A stretch of 62,559 nt of DNA, counting the filler, from Vannella sp. (taxonomy: Eukaryota), in the NCBI GenBank assembly GCA_023345925.1. It is 6 parts of 6 records of this genome, joined end to end, with 100 filler letters (N's around TTAATTAATTAA, not from the genome) between each part and the next. Parts side by side here need not be neighbours in the genome. Positions count along the whole stretch, not along the records: positions 32,139 to 45,135 come from JAJQQN010000124.1; positions 45,236 to 50,482 come from JAJQQN010001176.1; 4 more parts are not named here. The stretch is one strand, 5' to 3'. Numbering within the stretch: position 1 is the first letter of the stretch; each line of letters opens with the position of its first letter. Under the pieces are notes generated by a model. The model did no database searches, was not told where the DNA came from, and saw only the letters and a list, made by a program, of their open reading frames with translations. Positions 35,204-45,896 of the stretch are shown here, in pieces. The position numbers were made by a program, and so were the translations under genes.

Positions 35204-36622
35204 CTAAAGTGTCTTCTTTTGGAACACTTCTGGTAGCGCAGGGAAGGGGTCTTTGGGATGAACCTTCACAGCTGTAGTCGTGCGCTTCACAATGTACCCT
35301 TTGACATAACGGCGGAAGATTAAGTTCGCCATAATGCATTCCACCTCGTCAGGGTCCGCCGGCTCTCCCTGAGCAACGCTCACCGCGTTAGTCAAGTCGT
35401 TGATAGTGACGACATTGTTAGCCGGCTTGAGAATGGCAAAACTAGGCGCCCGTTTAGTACGAACCGTCACCCAGCCAAAAGAGCTTACATTCGCTTGAAA
35501 AGGTTGCGATAAGCCAACATTTGAACCTTTTCAAGGACTAAGAAGATCCCTTGGCGTATGAAAGCAGCTTGGCGGGCTTCAATGGCCGCCCGCAAGTCAC
35601 CCAAACGGCCACATTTGAAAGCGTCAATGATTTGACCGTACTGGCTCTCTAAGCTGTACTTTTGGAGAATCTGGGGCGAAGCAGCGTGCCCTTCTAGTAG
35701 TCGCAAAGGCACCAGATACTTCATGATGAGACTGGAGAAAGAGTATTAGTGACTTGGGGGAGAGCAGGTTCGAGAGAGTACCTCTTGTTGCGAAGGTAGC
35801 GATCTGGACAGTTCTCATAGGCAAAAGAGAGCTTCTCTGAGGCTTCAAATAAGTGGAAAGAGAACAGGTCGACGCAGCCAGCAAAGAAGTTGTAAGAAAC
35901 TTGCTGGGAGATGGGATGCTGCCCTAGTGGCAGAGTCTTTCCTTTTGTGACGTAGACAATCATCTCTCCACACTTCTGGTAGCTTCTTAACTGCCCGCGA
36001 ATGAGGACCGGGACGTCAATGAGGCGAACCAACCGCCATTTGGTTTACCTTGAAGTACACTCTGAGGTTGGCGATGACAACGGCCAGCGTGATCGCTCTT
36101 CGGTCGTGGAAGGACACTTTGAAGAACTCTCGGTACTTGACAGAGCACTCTAGTGGATGTGAGGGCCTTTCCAAGCGAATCCTGTCCCTCCCTCTCACCT
36201 TCGAGGGCTTTTTGACCTCCCAGCTTCTTATCTGTGGCTTCAGACACTTCATGCAAGTGTCTTAAGTAGACAGAACACAGTGGAATGGCCCATGCTGTGT
36301 CTTGCTCCTTTGGTTTCAAAACCTCGAGGTACGCCATCGCTCCTTGGTTGAGTGCTTCAAGAGCTCTCTCAGGAGCATTACATCCGATCATAAAGAGGCA
36401 AGTGTCCACATGACGAAGTATGATCGCCTCCCAGGCCGAAGGGAACGACACACGCGCTGCTCGAAAGAACCCTGCCGTCCTCCCAGGCACTGCCGGTGCC
36501 TCAATCTGGCCTATCTTGGGCTGAACTTGACGTATCCAATGAGCAAAGCGCATCAAACGGGCCACCTTCACACCGTCCTCCGCCACCACCGCCCCAGCGA
36601 TCTCCCTCAAGTACAGGTCCAT
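35204..36622 (-). CDS. PCID2: PCI domain-containing protein 2 (PCID2/Thp1/CSN12-like), multi-exon
   Basis: RVYFK; QVSYNFFAG; KYLVPLRLLEG; GIFLVLEK..YRNLFK; DEVECIMANLIFRRYVKGYI..DPFP. Confidence 0.85.
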
Positions 36623-36686
36623 CAAAGAATGAGCAAAGGAGCGCTCCTGTTCTCTTCTCCGTCAGTCATTGGCAAGGCAGGAGGGA

Positions 36687-37481
36687 ATGCTCCGGTTTGA
36701 AGGCACGTGGGCTACCTTGTTGGAAGAGTGGTACCGAACGGAGGATGTTCAGAGGCAGCGTGATTGGGTAGCATCAAGAGCGGCTGTGAAGGAGGGAGAG
36801 AAGGTCCTGGACATTGGTGTGGGACCTGGTTTCTTCGCTTCAGCTCTCGCGCAGGGAGTGGGGGCGGAGGGACGGGTGATTGGCCTTGATATTAGCCCAT
36901 CGATGGTACAGATGGCTCAGAGGAACTGCCAAGGACTCTCTCAGGTCTCTATCCTCGAAGGGGACGCTTGTAACTTGTCTCCCCTCGAAGAAGAAGGTCC
37001 TTTCGACTGCCTGATCAGTACACAAGTGTACGAATACGTCGAGAATGTCTCTGTGGCACTTCAAGAGGCATTCCGTCTCCTACGGGAGGGAGGACGCATC
37101 CTCATCCTCGATACAGACTTCTCCAGTGTTGTTTGGCGTACCTCCGACCCTGCTAGGATGCAGAGAGTATTGAAAGCCTACGACGAGCACTTGGTTCATC
37201 CACATTTGCCTCAGAGTCTTTGTCCTCTCTTGCGCCAAGCCGGCTTCAAGATGGATCACGTGGGCACCTTCAGCATCACCAACACTGAGCTGGCAGACTC
37301 GTACAGCCAATACCTTCTTACCACGATATCTGAGTTCGTCGTCGGTCGACAGAGCTTGACAGCCGAGGAAGTAAGTCAATGGAGGAGCGAGCAAGAACTC
37401 CTCAACCAAGAAGGAGAGTACTTCTTCAGCCTTAATCGATACCTGTTTGTGGCTCACAAGCCGCTTTCGCAGTCATCCTAA
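36687..37481 (+). CDS. Class I SAM-dependent methyltransferase (UbiE-like), intronless
   Basis: VLDIGVGPG; GLDISPSM; EGDA; QVYEYV; LREGGRILILDTD. Confidence 0.88.
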   Translation: MLRFEGTWATLLEEWYRTEDVQRQRDWVASRAAVKEGEKVLDIGVGPGFFASALAQGVGAEGRVIGLDISPSMVQMAQRNCQGLSQVSILEGDACNLSPLEEEGPFDCLISTQVYEYVENVSVALQEAFRLLREGGRILILDTDFSSVVWRTSDPARMQRVLKAYDEHLVHPHLPQSLCPLLRQAGFKMDHVGTFSITNTELADSYSQYLLTTISEFVVGRQSLTAEEVSQWRSEQELLNQEGEYFFSLNRYLFVAHKPLSQSS

Positions 37482-37597
37482 ACAGATGTTCCACCACGAA
37501 GGTTACGCTTACGTGTCCACTGAAGGGGATTCTGGAACACCACTGCTGTCGGTCTTTCAAGTGACTCTCGTTCCTGAAGCACAGGGAGAGTCCTTTA

Positions 37598-38046
37598 TCA
37601 GTTAAACAGAAGGGAGTCTTCCATTACGCTCGAACCGGCAGGATTGCGGGTTTTGAAGATGAGAACCAATCCCAAGGTGGTGAAGGTAGCGATACCAATG
37701 CGGATTATGGTGTTGAGCCGACCAAGCCTGTCACTTAGCTCACCCAACCTTTCGTTGAACTCTCTAAACGTATCATTGAGCTCGCGGGAGGCTGCCTCCA
37801 TCAGCAACCCATGATTCTCGATGGCAACAGCGATGATCGTAGCCTCCTGAGTTAAGTCGCCATTGCATTGGCCTGGCCATGCCTTTTTCTTTGCTCGAAG
37901 TAGTAGAGGGGCGGTCTTCACGCTTCCGATAGGTGAGACTGTAGATCCCGAATAAGTCCGGTTCCCTACTCTTGACGTGATCCAAGCTTACCGTAAGCAG
38001 TCTCTTGGGATAGATTTCCATTCCCTTTAGGTTCGGAAGAGTCCAT
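37598..38046 (-). CDS. Small coiled-coil protein with C-terminal TM (2 exons; in-frame upstream ATG at 38169)
   Basis: ATG GAC TCT...TAC G|gtaagc...ctacag|TC splices in frame to the 37598-37921 ORF; heptad-like stretch then IIRIGIATFTTLGLVLIF. Confidence 0.45.
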
Positions 38047-38346
38047 GCAAGAAGGGAAGGCAAACAGAAAATGGACTCGGCAGTGTGCGTAAGCGGCCTC
38101 TTGAGGAGATTCTTTCACTTTCAGATATTTTCTGGTTTCGACCAACCATCTCTCCTCTATTCTTGCCATCCTAGTGAATGAATGAAAGGCCTTCAATAGA
38201 AAGAATCCGGGAAAGGAGGCGATTGAAGGGTTGATGACTCCCTCCTTCCTTCCTTCCTTCCTTTCCTCCTTCCAAAGCAGCAATGAAGAGTATCATCCAG
38301 TGTTTATTCGGATGCTCTACTCAGCACCTGGCATGACAATGGATGA

Positions 38347-39229
38347 TCATTTGGATTGATTCCATGCGGCAATGCCGGGCACATGCGAGTTCGTCAGCTG
38401 CTTGGAATTCTTCTTCTTCTTTCTCTGCTTCTTGAATTCTGGCTTGCTCTTGGCTTCATTCGTTGTTGTAACGCTGTGAAAAGAGTCAGTCTGATGGGAA
38501 TAGCTCTCTAGAGGAGACGTACTGGACTCCAAGGGCCCTCAGCTCTGCTTCTAACTCATCTGTGTTCACTTTGAGGGGGAACTTGGTCCAAAGCTCCCTC
38601 AGGTCGCTTTGGTACTCTGGAGCGAGATCAAAGTCGTGCTCTTTCTCGTTGTGGAAGACTGTGCTCTTCCTCTTTGCCTTGGCGTGCGCATCTAGCCTGA
38701 TCACAATGGCTTCTCTTCCCTCCTCAAGCGTCTAGAGACCCCGTTGTTAGGCTCGCGCAGGCGGAAGGGAAGTCACTCCTACCGCGATATCCTCTTCAAT
38801 GGTGGCGTAGGAGTCCCGGATGTCTTCCAAGGGGACTCCCTTGTACTTGTTACGGAGTAGGTAGTCTCTCAACTGATCGATGTTCTTCAAATCGATCTTG
38901 GGGCGGTATTGGAGGCGCCGTTTGCCCTCTACCTCTTCCATATGGATGTTTTCGTTCTTGAGGAGAGCTTCAATAAGCTTTTCCTTGCCAAAGTCGAGTC
39001 TGTGGTCCAGTCTCTGAAGCTCTTCTTGCCCAAAGCTCTTTTCCTGATCCTTTTTGAGGAGCTCCTCGATCCGGATGAGTTGCTCATTGACGGGCGTGTT
39101 GTTTGGGGGTGTGTTTGATGTAGTCTGTAGCTCATACGAACCACCCAAAGCCTTGTCACGGAAGCTCCTAGTTGGGGCATTCTGTGGGTTGGCAAGGTGC
39201 TTCAGCTGCTTGCTCTGAAGGCTGGTCAT
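38347..39229 (-). CDS. GTF2E2: General transcription factor TFIIE beta subunit, copy 1 (3 exons)
   Basis: LIEALLKNENI..QYRPKIDLKN..LRDYL..GVPLEDIRDSY; VFHNE..LRELWTKFPL; basic tail ending KQLTNSHV; introns 38732-38782 and 38474-38522 splice in frame. Confidence 0.82.
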
Positions 39230-39611
39230 AAACAAATGAAAAAATCTTTTTGGATCAGAGGGAGATCACGAACCGCTCATTCCCCTCAGATGCTTCCATC
39301 TCCCATAACGTATCTAGCACGAGAGTATTCCCCACCAAGGCTTGGGACTCCGATCGTCTCGCGGACCATCATTATTGTCGCATTATTGTTGCTGATAGAA
39401 TGTGGCGTTTATTGCAGTTCGAAGATATCATGAAGTCTAAGGTGATTGAATCGAGTGTGATGAAGGACATGGTCCGGCTTGAAGTCCAAGGAGACAGCTC
39501 GAAAGCTCGGACTTACTGTGCACACAATAGAATAGGCAAAGATGATATCAAACTGGATCGGTTAATGGCTTTGGACCGCTTCCAATGAAGGCAGAGTGCC
39601 TATTTGGACAT

Positions 39612-39675
39612 ACAGCTGGCTGCGCCGTTTCATATGATTTGCGGGTCTATCTTATGAAACGGCGCAGCCAGCTGT
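39612..39675. repeat. Perfect 23-bp inverted repeat with 18-nt spacer (hairpin)
   Basis: acagctggctgcgccgtttcata (39612-39634) is the exact reverse complement of tatgaaacggcgcagccagctgt (39653-39675). Confidence 0.95.
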
Positions 39676-39970
39676 CGTCGAAGGTTGTGAACTCTCTCGG
39701 GAGTGGAGTAGATTCTTGAGTATATAAGTAAAGCATTGATGCACTCAGTTGGATGGTAATTGGGCGTCCTGCAGCTCCTCCATCAGCAGCCTAATTTGGC
39801 CATCGCTACATCTCGGCGTTTGCCAGCTGTGGGAGTGCTGAATGGTGACCAATAGATGCACTCTATCTAAAAACATTCAACGCTGAAAGGTTGAGGGTAC
39901 TGATTGGGACATCGCACTACAGATAGTGCAGTTTGACATCAATGTGCTCCTCTAATTATTATCGTATGAT

Positions 39971-40124
39971 TGATAACGGATGTGCATTATAGATAACGGA
40001 TGTGCATTATAGATAACGGATGTGCATTATTGATACCGGATGTGCATTATTGATACCGGATGTGCATTATTGATAACGGATGTGCATTATTGATACCGGA
40101 TGTGCATTCCTGATACCGGATGTG
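39971..40124. repeat. 20-bp minisatellite, ~7.7 copies
   Basis: Unit (t/a)gata(a/c)cggatgtgcattat, head-to-tail with no spacers. Confidence 0.95.
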
Positions 40125-40553
40125 TTTTTCGCGAATTCCCTACAAATGATGTCAGCATTCGGTGGAAGGGAAGGAGTGGCTTGCTCTTCAATGAACACAG
40201 GAGCTCTTCATTATCATCGATGGTCATGAATGGGACCTTGACAGATTTGAGTTCACGAGATTGAGCGAACTTGGCGGACTGAGCGGATGTTGAGCAATCT
40301 GCTTGGAGATTCAAGGAACCACGCTCTTTCCCAGTCTTTCATTACTGAAAGTATTGTACTCATTTCCAGGCCGTGGATCCTAGGCCATGGCTGTGTAACG
40401 AGGAACGGCTCAGTCAAGCAAGGACAGACGACGCTTCGGCAGGATCTTCTTAAGAGTGTTTATGGACATATAGGAAGCTCAGGGGAGAGAGCGATCGATG
40501 CATAGGAATATCCCCGAAAAGGAGCAGTGGAAAGGGGGCATGACAACGGATGA

Positions 40554-41406
40554 TCATTTGGATTGGCTCCATAACTCCGCAAAGCCGGGCATATGCGAGT
40601 TCGTCAGCTGCTCGGAATTCTTCTTCTTCTTTCTCTTCTCCTTCTTGATTTCTGGCCTGCTCTTGGCTTCATCTGTTGTTGTAACGCTGTGAAAAGAGTC
40701 AGTCTGATGGGAATAGCTCTCCAGAGGAGACGTACTGGAATCCAAGAGCCTTCAGCTCTATCTCAAACTCATCTGTGAGAGGGAACTTGGCCCAAAGCTG
40801 GCTCAGGTCGCTTTGGTACTCTGGAGCGAGATCAAAGTCGTGCTCTTTCTCATTGTGGAAGACTGTGCTCTTCCTCTTTGCCTTGACGCGCATATCTAAC
40901 CTGATGGCTTCTCTTCCCTCCACAAGCGTCTAGAGACCCCGTTGTTAGGCTCGCGCAGGCGGAAGGGAAGTTACTCCTACCGCGATATCCTTTTCAATGC
41001 CGGCGTAGGAGTCCCGGATGTCTTCCAAGGGGACTCCTTTGTGCTTATTACGACGCAGGTAGTCTCTCAAGTCATCGATGTTCTTCAAAGCGATCTTGGG
41101 GAGGTATTGGAGGCGCAGTTTGCCCTCTACCTCTTCCATAAGGATGTTTTCGTTCTTGACGAGAAGACCTCTAAGCTGTTCGTTGCCAAAGTCGAGTCTG
41201 TGGTCCAGTGTCTGAAGCTCGTCTTGCCCAAAGCTCTTTCCCAGCTGCTTTTCGAGGAGCTCCTCGATTCGGGAGAGTTGCTCATTGACGGGCATGTTCT
41301 TCAGGGGTGTGTTCGATGTTGTCTCATCAATATACAAGCCACCCAAAGCCCTGTCACGGAAGCTTGGTTGGTCGGCCAAGTTCTGCTTACTCTGAAGGCC
41401 GGACAT
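40554..41406 (-). CDS. GTF2E2: TFIIE beta subunit, copy 2 (3 exons)
   Basis: Paralogue of 38347-39229 with the same two introns (40930-40980, 40687-40735); ORF intact to EQLTNSHM...*. Confidence 0.82.
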
Positions 41407-41547
41407 TTTAAAAATGAGAAAGTTTGGTTCGAGTGTTGATTCCCTTCTATCCTTTGGTATCCCATAATATGTGAGAACCTTTGGACTCTACCGTGGGGGA
41501 ATCAAAAGTGACTAGGACACTTCACGTCCCAACTTTATGAGCAGAAC

Positions 41548-42339
41548 TTAGGAGCGCTGGCAGGTGGGGCGGACCATGATCTCATGGACTGCACAGTGGG
41601 CGGGTTGTTGAAGGGCGTAGAGCACAGCGTTCGCCACATCCTCAGAATCCAAGAAGCGCTCCATTGGGTTCGCAGCAAACATGTCCAGGACCTCCTGATC
41701 GGTAATAGAGGAGCCCAGCTCGGAGCTGGTAGCTCCTGGCTGAATGCTGAGTACGCGGATGTTGGTTCCTTCGGTCTCCTGGCGAAGACCTTGGGTGATC
41801 GCTTCCACAGCCCATTTGGTGGCGCAGTAGACAGTTCCTCCAGGGAAGAGCTTCCTCCCTGCATCAGAAGAGATGTTGATAATGTCTCCCGCCTTCCTCT
41901 CCCTCATACTGGGCAGAACAGCGGCGATACCGTTCAAGACGCCTTTGATGTTGACGTCAATCATCCGATCCCACTCGTCCTGGTGCAAGTTCTTCAAGAA
42001 GCTAAGAGGCATCACCCCTGCGTTGTTGATGAGGACGTCCACGGGCTTCTCGTACTGCTTCTCGGCAAAGCGAACCAGTTCGTTCACCTCGTCCCGCTTC
42101 ACCACATCACACAGGCGGTACGAAGCCTTACCAGATCCTTGAGCGTTGATAGCATCCGCCAACTCCTTCAGTTTCTCCTCACGCCGAGCTCCAAGGACAA
42201 CTACTAAGATGAGGACAGAGAACCTCCTTGGCTACTGGTACGTACCGTTCGCCCCGTTCTTGGCCAAGAGCTCAGCAATTGACTTCCCGATACCACTGGA
42301 GGCTCCTGTCACGACCACCAACTTGCCACCAAGACTCAT
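41548..42339 (-). CDS. Classical SDR oxidoreductase (YdfG-like), 2 exons
   Basis: VVTGASSGIG; NNAGVM; YCATK; IQPG; intron ~42204-42246. Confidence 0.9.
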
Positions 42340-42822
42340 CGCTATGTTGGACACCAAACACTGATTGATTGACCAACAAGGAAGGGTTTCGGTCAAAACC
42401 CAATTCTGCGGACAAATTTTGGGCTTTGTGACCAACTTTCATTTTCCAGCTTTTCCTACAATCAACGGATTAGCGGAATGGAATGGCGAGCCCGACACGC
42501 TCCTCCTCCCTCGAAGGATTAGAAGGATCAACCACCTTGTTTCAACAGCGATATTGAAGAAACTATCTTAAAGTCTCTGAGACCTGAAGAGTCGAAAACG
42601 CGCAACCGAGTCTTGAGAAAACCGGGTAAACGTACTATTCCCACCCCCAGCTTTTGACAGTAGGTAATCTATCAGAGATATTCATATCTTCTCCCCTTTC
42701 TTGTTCCACGAGAGTTGGTCTCAGCAACAGGATCGTGCCAAACCAACTTCCGGATGGATCTCATCTCCCAATCATTAAAGCAGTGAGTGAGTGGTTCGTA
42801 GGTCCGAGTCTTACTTAGAGTT

Positions 42823-44894
42823 TTAAGAAAAATCAAACTCGATGGCGATGGCTGCGCTAGTTTTTGTGTTGAAAACAGCGTGAGACCAAGAGTCTGGTAC
42901 GTAGACAAAGTCACCTGGTCTTTGGGTGCAGTGATAGGAAGTATCCCAGCGGTTGACTATTCGAGTGGAAGAGGAAGCATTGGCAGGTGGGAGGAACCAC
43001 CACCGCTTCTCCCCAAAGACAAGAGCGTTCCAAGCATCTTGGTGATAGTGCAAAGGAGCTCCACTACCCGTTGGACCCCACATGAATTGCGCGGAACCCC
43101 AACTATAAGCGGCCACAAGATCTGGTATGCGTGTGTCTTCCATCAACGATGCGCCAGCAGGAGAGGTTAACAGCTCATTGTCAAAGACATACATAATCGG
43201 CTGTCCTGCTGTCATCACCCGACCCTCAGGAGACTCTGCCAGTGCTAAATAGCGCGCAAACTGACTCAGAGAACTCTTTTTCCCGGGCAACTTGAACTGC
43301 TGAGCGTAGGGAATCGATCCCATCTGGAGCTGTGAGTAAGAATCTGAGTTACTCCGTAAAGAGATCCTTTGCCTACCCAAACTGAAGAACTACCAGCCTT
43401 TTCTGCAAGAAAGAGGTCAGTGAAGACAATGCCAATGGTTGGCGAAACTAGCTTACTGGTAAAGTACTCTGAGTTCCATCGTGATAGAGCAGGCCAAGAT
43501 GATAGGAGGCCGCGAATAACAATTGGACGTCGGACAGAAAGGTAGTCCCGAAGAAACAACTCCGGATTGATCTCTTCCGCTGATACGGCAGAGATTGAGC
43601 ATTCCTCGGTACCCTGTTCGACTTGGGAGACAGTATCTCTTGCTCCTACTTGATCCACTGGTACAACATCAACGCACTTCTCTTCTTGCCAGTCGTAAAG
43701 AGCTTGTGGCACTGCTTGCTTCAAATGCCAGGCTTCTGCTGGAAGTCTCCCAAAGGAGTCTGGGAGACAAGAAATCCGATCTAAACTATCAACTAATAGG
43801 GAAACCATTGAATGGTGCCCGCGGAATGCTGCGATGTGGAGAATGTCATTCAGTAATTGACCTTCTTGGGCCTTATTCCACGCCGCAGGAAACGAATCAA
43901 TAAGATGACGCAATAAAGTGTGGTCCCCATTATTTGCCAGAAGATGGTAAACAGTGCCGTCCTTTTGGCTTACTTCCTGGAGCAAATGGGAGGTATCCCA
44001 ATCGAAGGCACTGCAATGGGATATCACAGAATCTAGCAAAGCTTTGGAGTGAGATGAAGAAACCCTCCAAACCTCGTCCCTATGGACTAACTGCTGGCTG
44101 ATATCTCTGACTTGAAGATCAAAGTAGAATTCACTCCAAACAGTACCTAAATAAGAGACGACCTCCCTCCATCCACTGGCTCCTTCTTTCAGGAGGAGAT
44201 TGCTCGTCATCTTCCAGCGGAAGCGGGTGTAGCTAGCGAAATGAAAGATGGACCATCCTTTGTACGTTTGACCTGAATTGCAGCGAGCTGAACACGATTT
44301 GGCATCCACTAAAAGTGATATAACGGGAACAAACCCAAATTGAGTCGCCAGCTGGAGTGCATTCCTTCCAGATTCATCTGCAAGATAGCTTTTGGCTCCC
44401 ATTTGCTTCAGCAAGCGAACGACTTTGAGGAAAGCCTCCGCTTTCGGGAGACTTTGTGACGTAAATCGATGATTCATCTCGTGGTAGCCATGTAAAGCAT
44501 ACAGTAAAGGAGTTCTCCTGAAGGAAAGTGAATAGTGATGTAAGGGTTATCCTGAGAGGATAGGAGGAGCTAGCAGGGTAAGGATATGTCCTGAACCAGA
44601 TTCCTCCTTGATGAATCGGTTCACATAAGCAACGGCTGGAGCCTTCTTAGAACGCAATAGATGCTGACAAAGTAGATGGTCCCCCTTGTATGCTGCGAGA
44701 TGAAGTAGGGTCATGCCTGAGCCCCCTAACGGTGCCACGAGGCCCTTCTCATTCCCTCTTGCCAGAAGCTGCAACACCTCCTCTCTCCTTCCCTCCACCA
44801 CAGCCCGATGAACATCAAGCACTACCTGCTGCCCCAATGTGAGCCCCAGCATCATGATCAACACCAAAACACCTCCAGAAGAGGAGAAAGACAT
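42823..44894 (-). CDS. Signal-peptide + ankyrin-repeat + JmjC (cupin-8, JMJD8-like) protein, multi-exon
   Basis: Hydrophobic leader VLVLIMMLGLTLG; TLLHLAAYKG, NALQLA, ILHIAAFRG; RRPIVIRG; GSGAPLHYHQDAWNAL..GEKRW..QRPGDFVYVPDSWSHAVFN. Confidence 0.8.
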
Positions 44895-44943
44895 GCTGCC
44901 CACCGCCTCCTCTTCTTGGAGGCTAAAAAATGAATCAAACGGG

Positions 44944-45135
44944 TTATATTACAAAGGGCTTGGACATTGTCGCTTCTGTGGATGCTCTTGTCATCATAGA
45001 ACGACTCTTGTACAAAGGGTTTTGGAGTTCGGTGTCGACTCGCGACTTTGCGGATGCCGAGCTTTTGGGGAGGCCAGCCACCATGGCGTGACGTTTGATG
45101 CCATCAGGGCGTTGTGTGGGGTCTGTGCGACTGCA
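44944..45135 (-). CDS. 3' fragment of an unknown gene (contains NPLY), cut by linker
   Basis: Open frame from the contig edge to TAA: ...DTELQNPLYKSRSM...PFVI*. Confidence 0.3.
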   Translation of the reverse strand, partial: CSRTDPTQRPDGIKRHAMVAGLPKSSASAKSRVDTELQNPLYKSRSMMTRASTEATMSKPFVI

Positions 45136-45235
45136 NNNNNNNNNNNNNNNNNNNNNNNNNNNNNNNNNNNNNNNNNNNNTTAATTAATTAANNNNNNNNN
45201 NNNNNNNNNNNNNNNNNNNNNNNNNNNNNNNNNNN
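45136..45235. other. Artificial contig linker
   Basis: N44-TTAATTAATTAA-N44. Confidence 0.97.
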
Positions 45236-45712
45236 CGAGATGGAGTCCCACTCGTGCTTGGCGATGGAAAACTTCCTCTGAAGGGCTAACTCAAGCGTAT
45301 GGTAGCTCCCCATTCGAACGTAAGGGCTCTCTTGCATGTTGGTACCTCCTTACAGTTCTATTGATCAGTAAAGTGTAGTCTAGCAGCCATAGGAGAGGCT
45401 ACCACTCACCTACGCGGATGGAACCCGCTCCCGCATCGTACTCAATCGCCAGGACCTCGATAGTGAGAGTGATCTTCTTCCGTTCACTATCTACTGATCC
45501 AGTTGTACTCTCCTTCTGCACTCGCCTACCCCACGACGGTTACAAGCACATCCAGCACTTCACAACAAAACGAACCGAAAGGTAGAAGCTGTGACTTGAT
45601 CCCCAACTCGTATGATGTTGTACACATGCCAGAGATCCTCCGTGTCCTCAGCAACCAACGAAGCAAAGCCTTCGCCCGTCCCAGAGTCGACATTCTTCCG
45701 CACCAGCTTCAT
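45236..45712 (-). CDS. PELO: Pelota/Dom34 ribosome-rescue factor, 5' part (absent from the ORF track; 2 introns; cut by linker)
   Basis: Hand-spliced MKLVRKNVDSGTGEGFASLVAEDTEDLWHVYNIIRVGDQVTASTFR|RVQKESTTGSVDSERKKITLTIEVLAIEYD..IRV|GGTNMQESPYVRMGSYHTLEL..KHEWDSI. Confidence 0.92.
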
Positions 45713-45896
45713 CGCCCTCGCGCCCCCAAAAAGTGAATCCAGGCTTGGCCGTTTGGGCTGTCCTCTTATAAAGTTACTTTCTTTACTCAGTAGATGCTTA
45801 TAGTGGACACAAGTGGGTCTCAGTGCGAGGGAAAGAGGATTTGGTGAGTGGGAAAGGAGAATGCCATTTAAGGGAGCGGAAGTGATTGGGAGTGCG

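Noticed and set aside
38486..38704. Premature stop suggesting truncated TFIIE-beta pseudogenes (also 40699-40923)
   Set aside because: The stop lies inside a 49-nt GT-AG intron; splicing restores the basic C-terminal tail in both copies.
39690..39960. Group I intron, RNase P/MRP or Fanzor omega-RNA
   Set aside because: Only short stems; none of the conserved core motifs and no adjacent TnpB/Fanzor ORF are visible.
39971..40124. CRISPR array
   Set aside because: Units are contiguous with no unique spacers, no cas genes are visible, and the context is eukaryotic.
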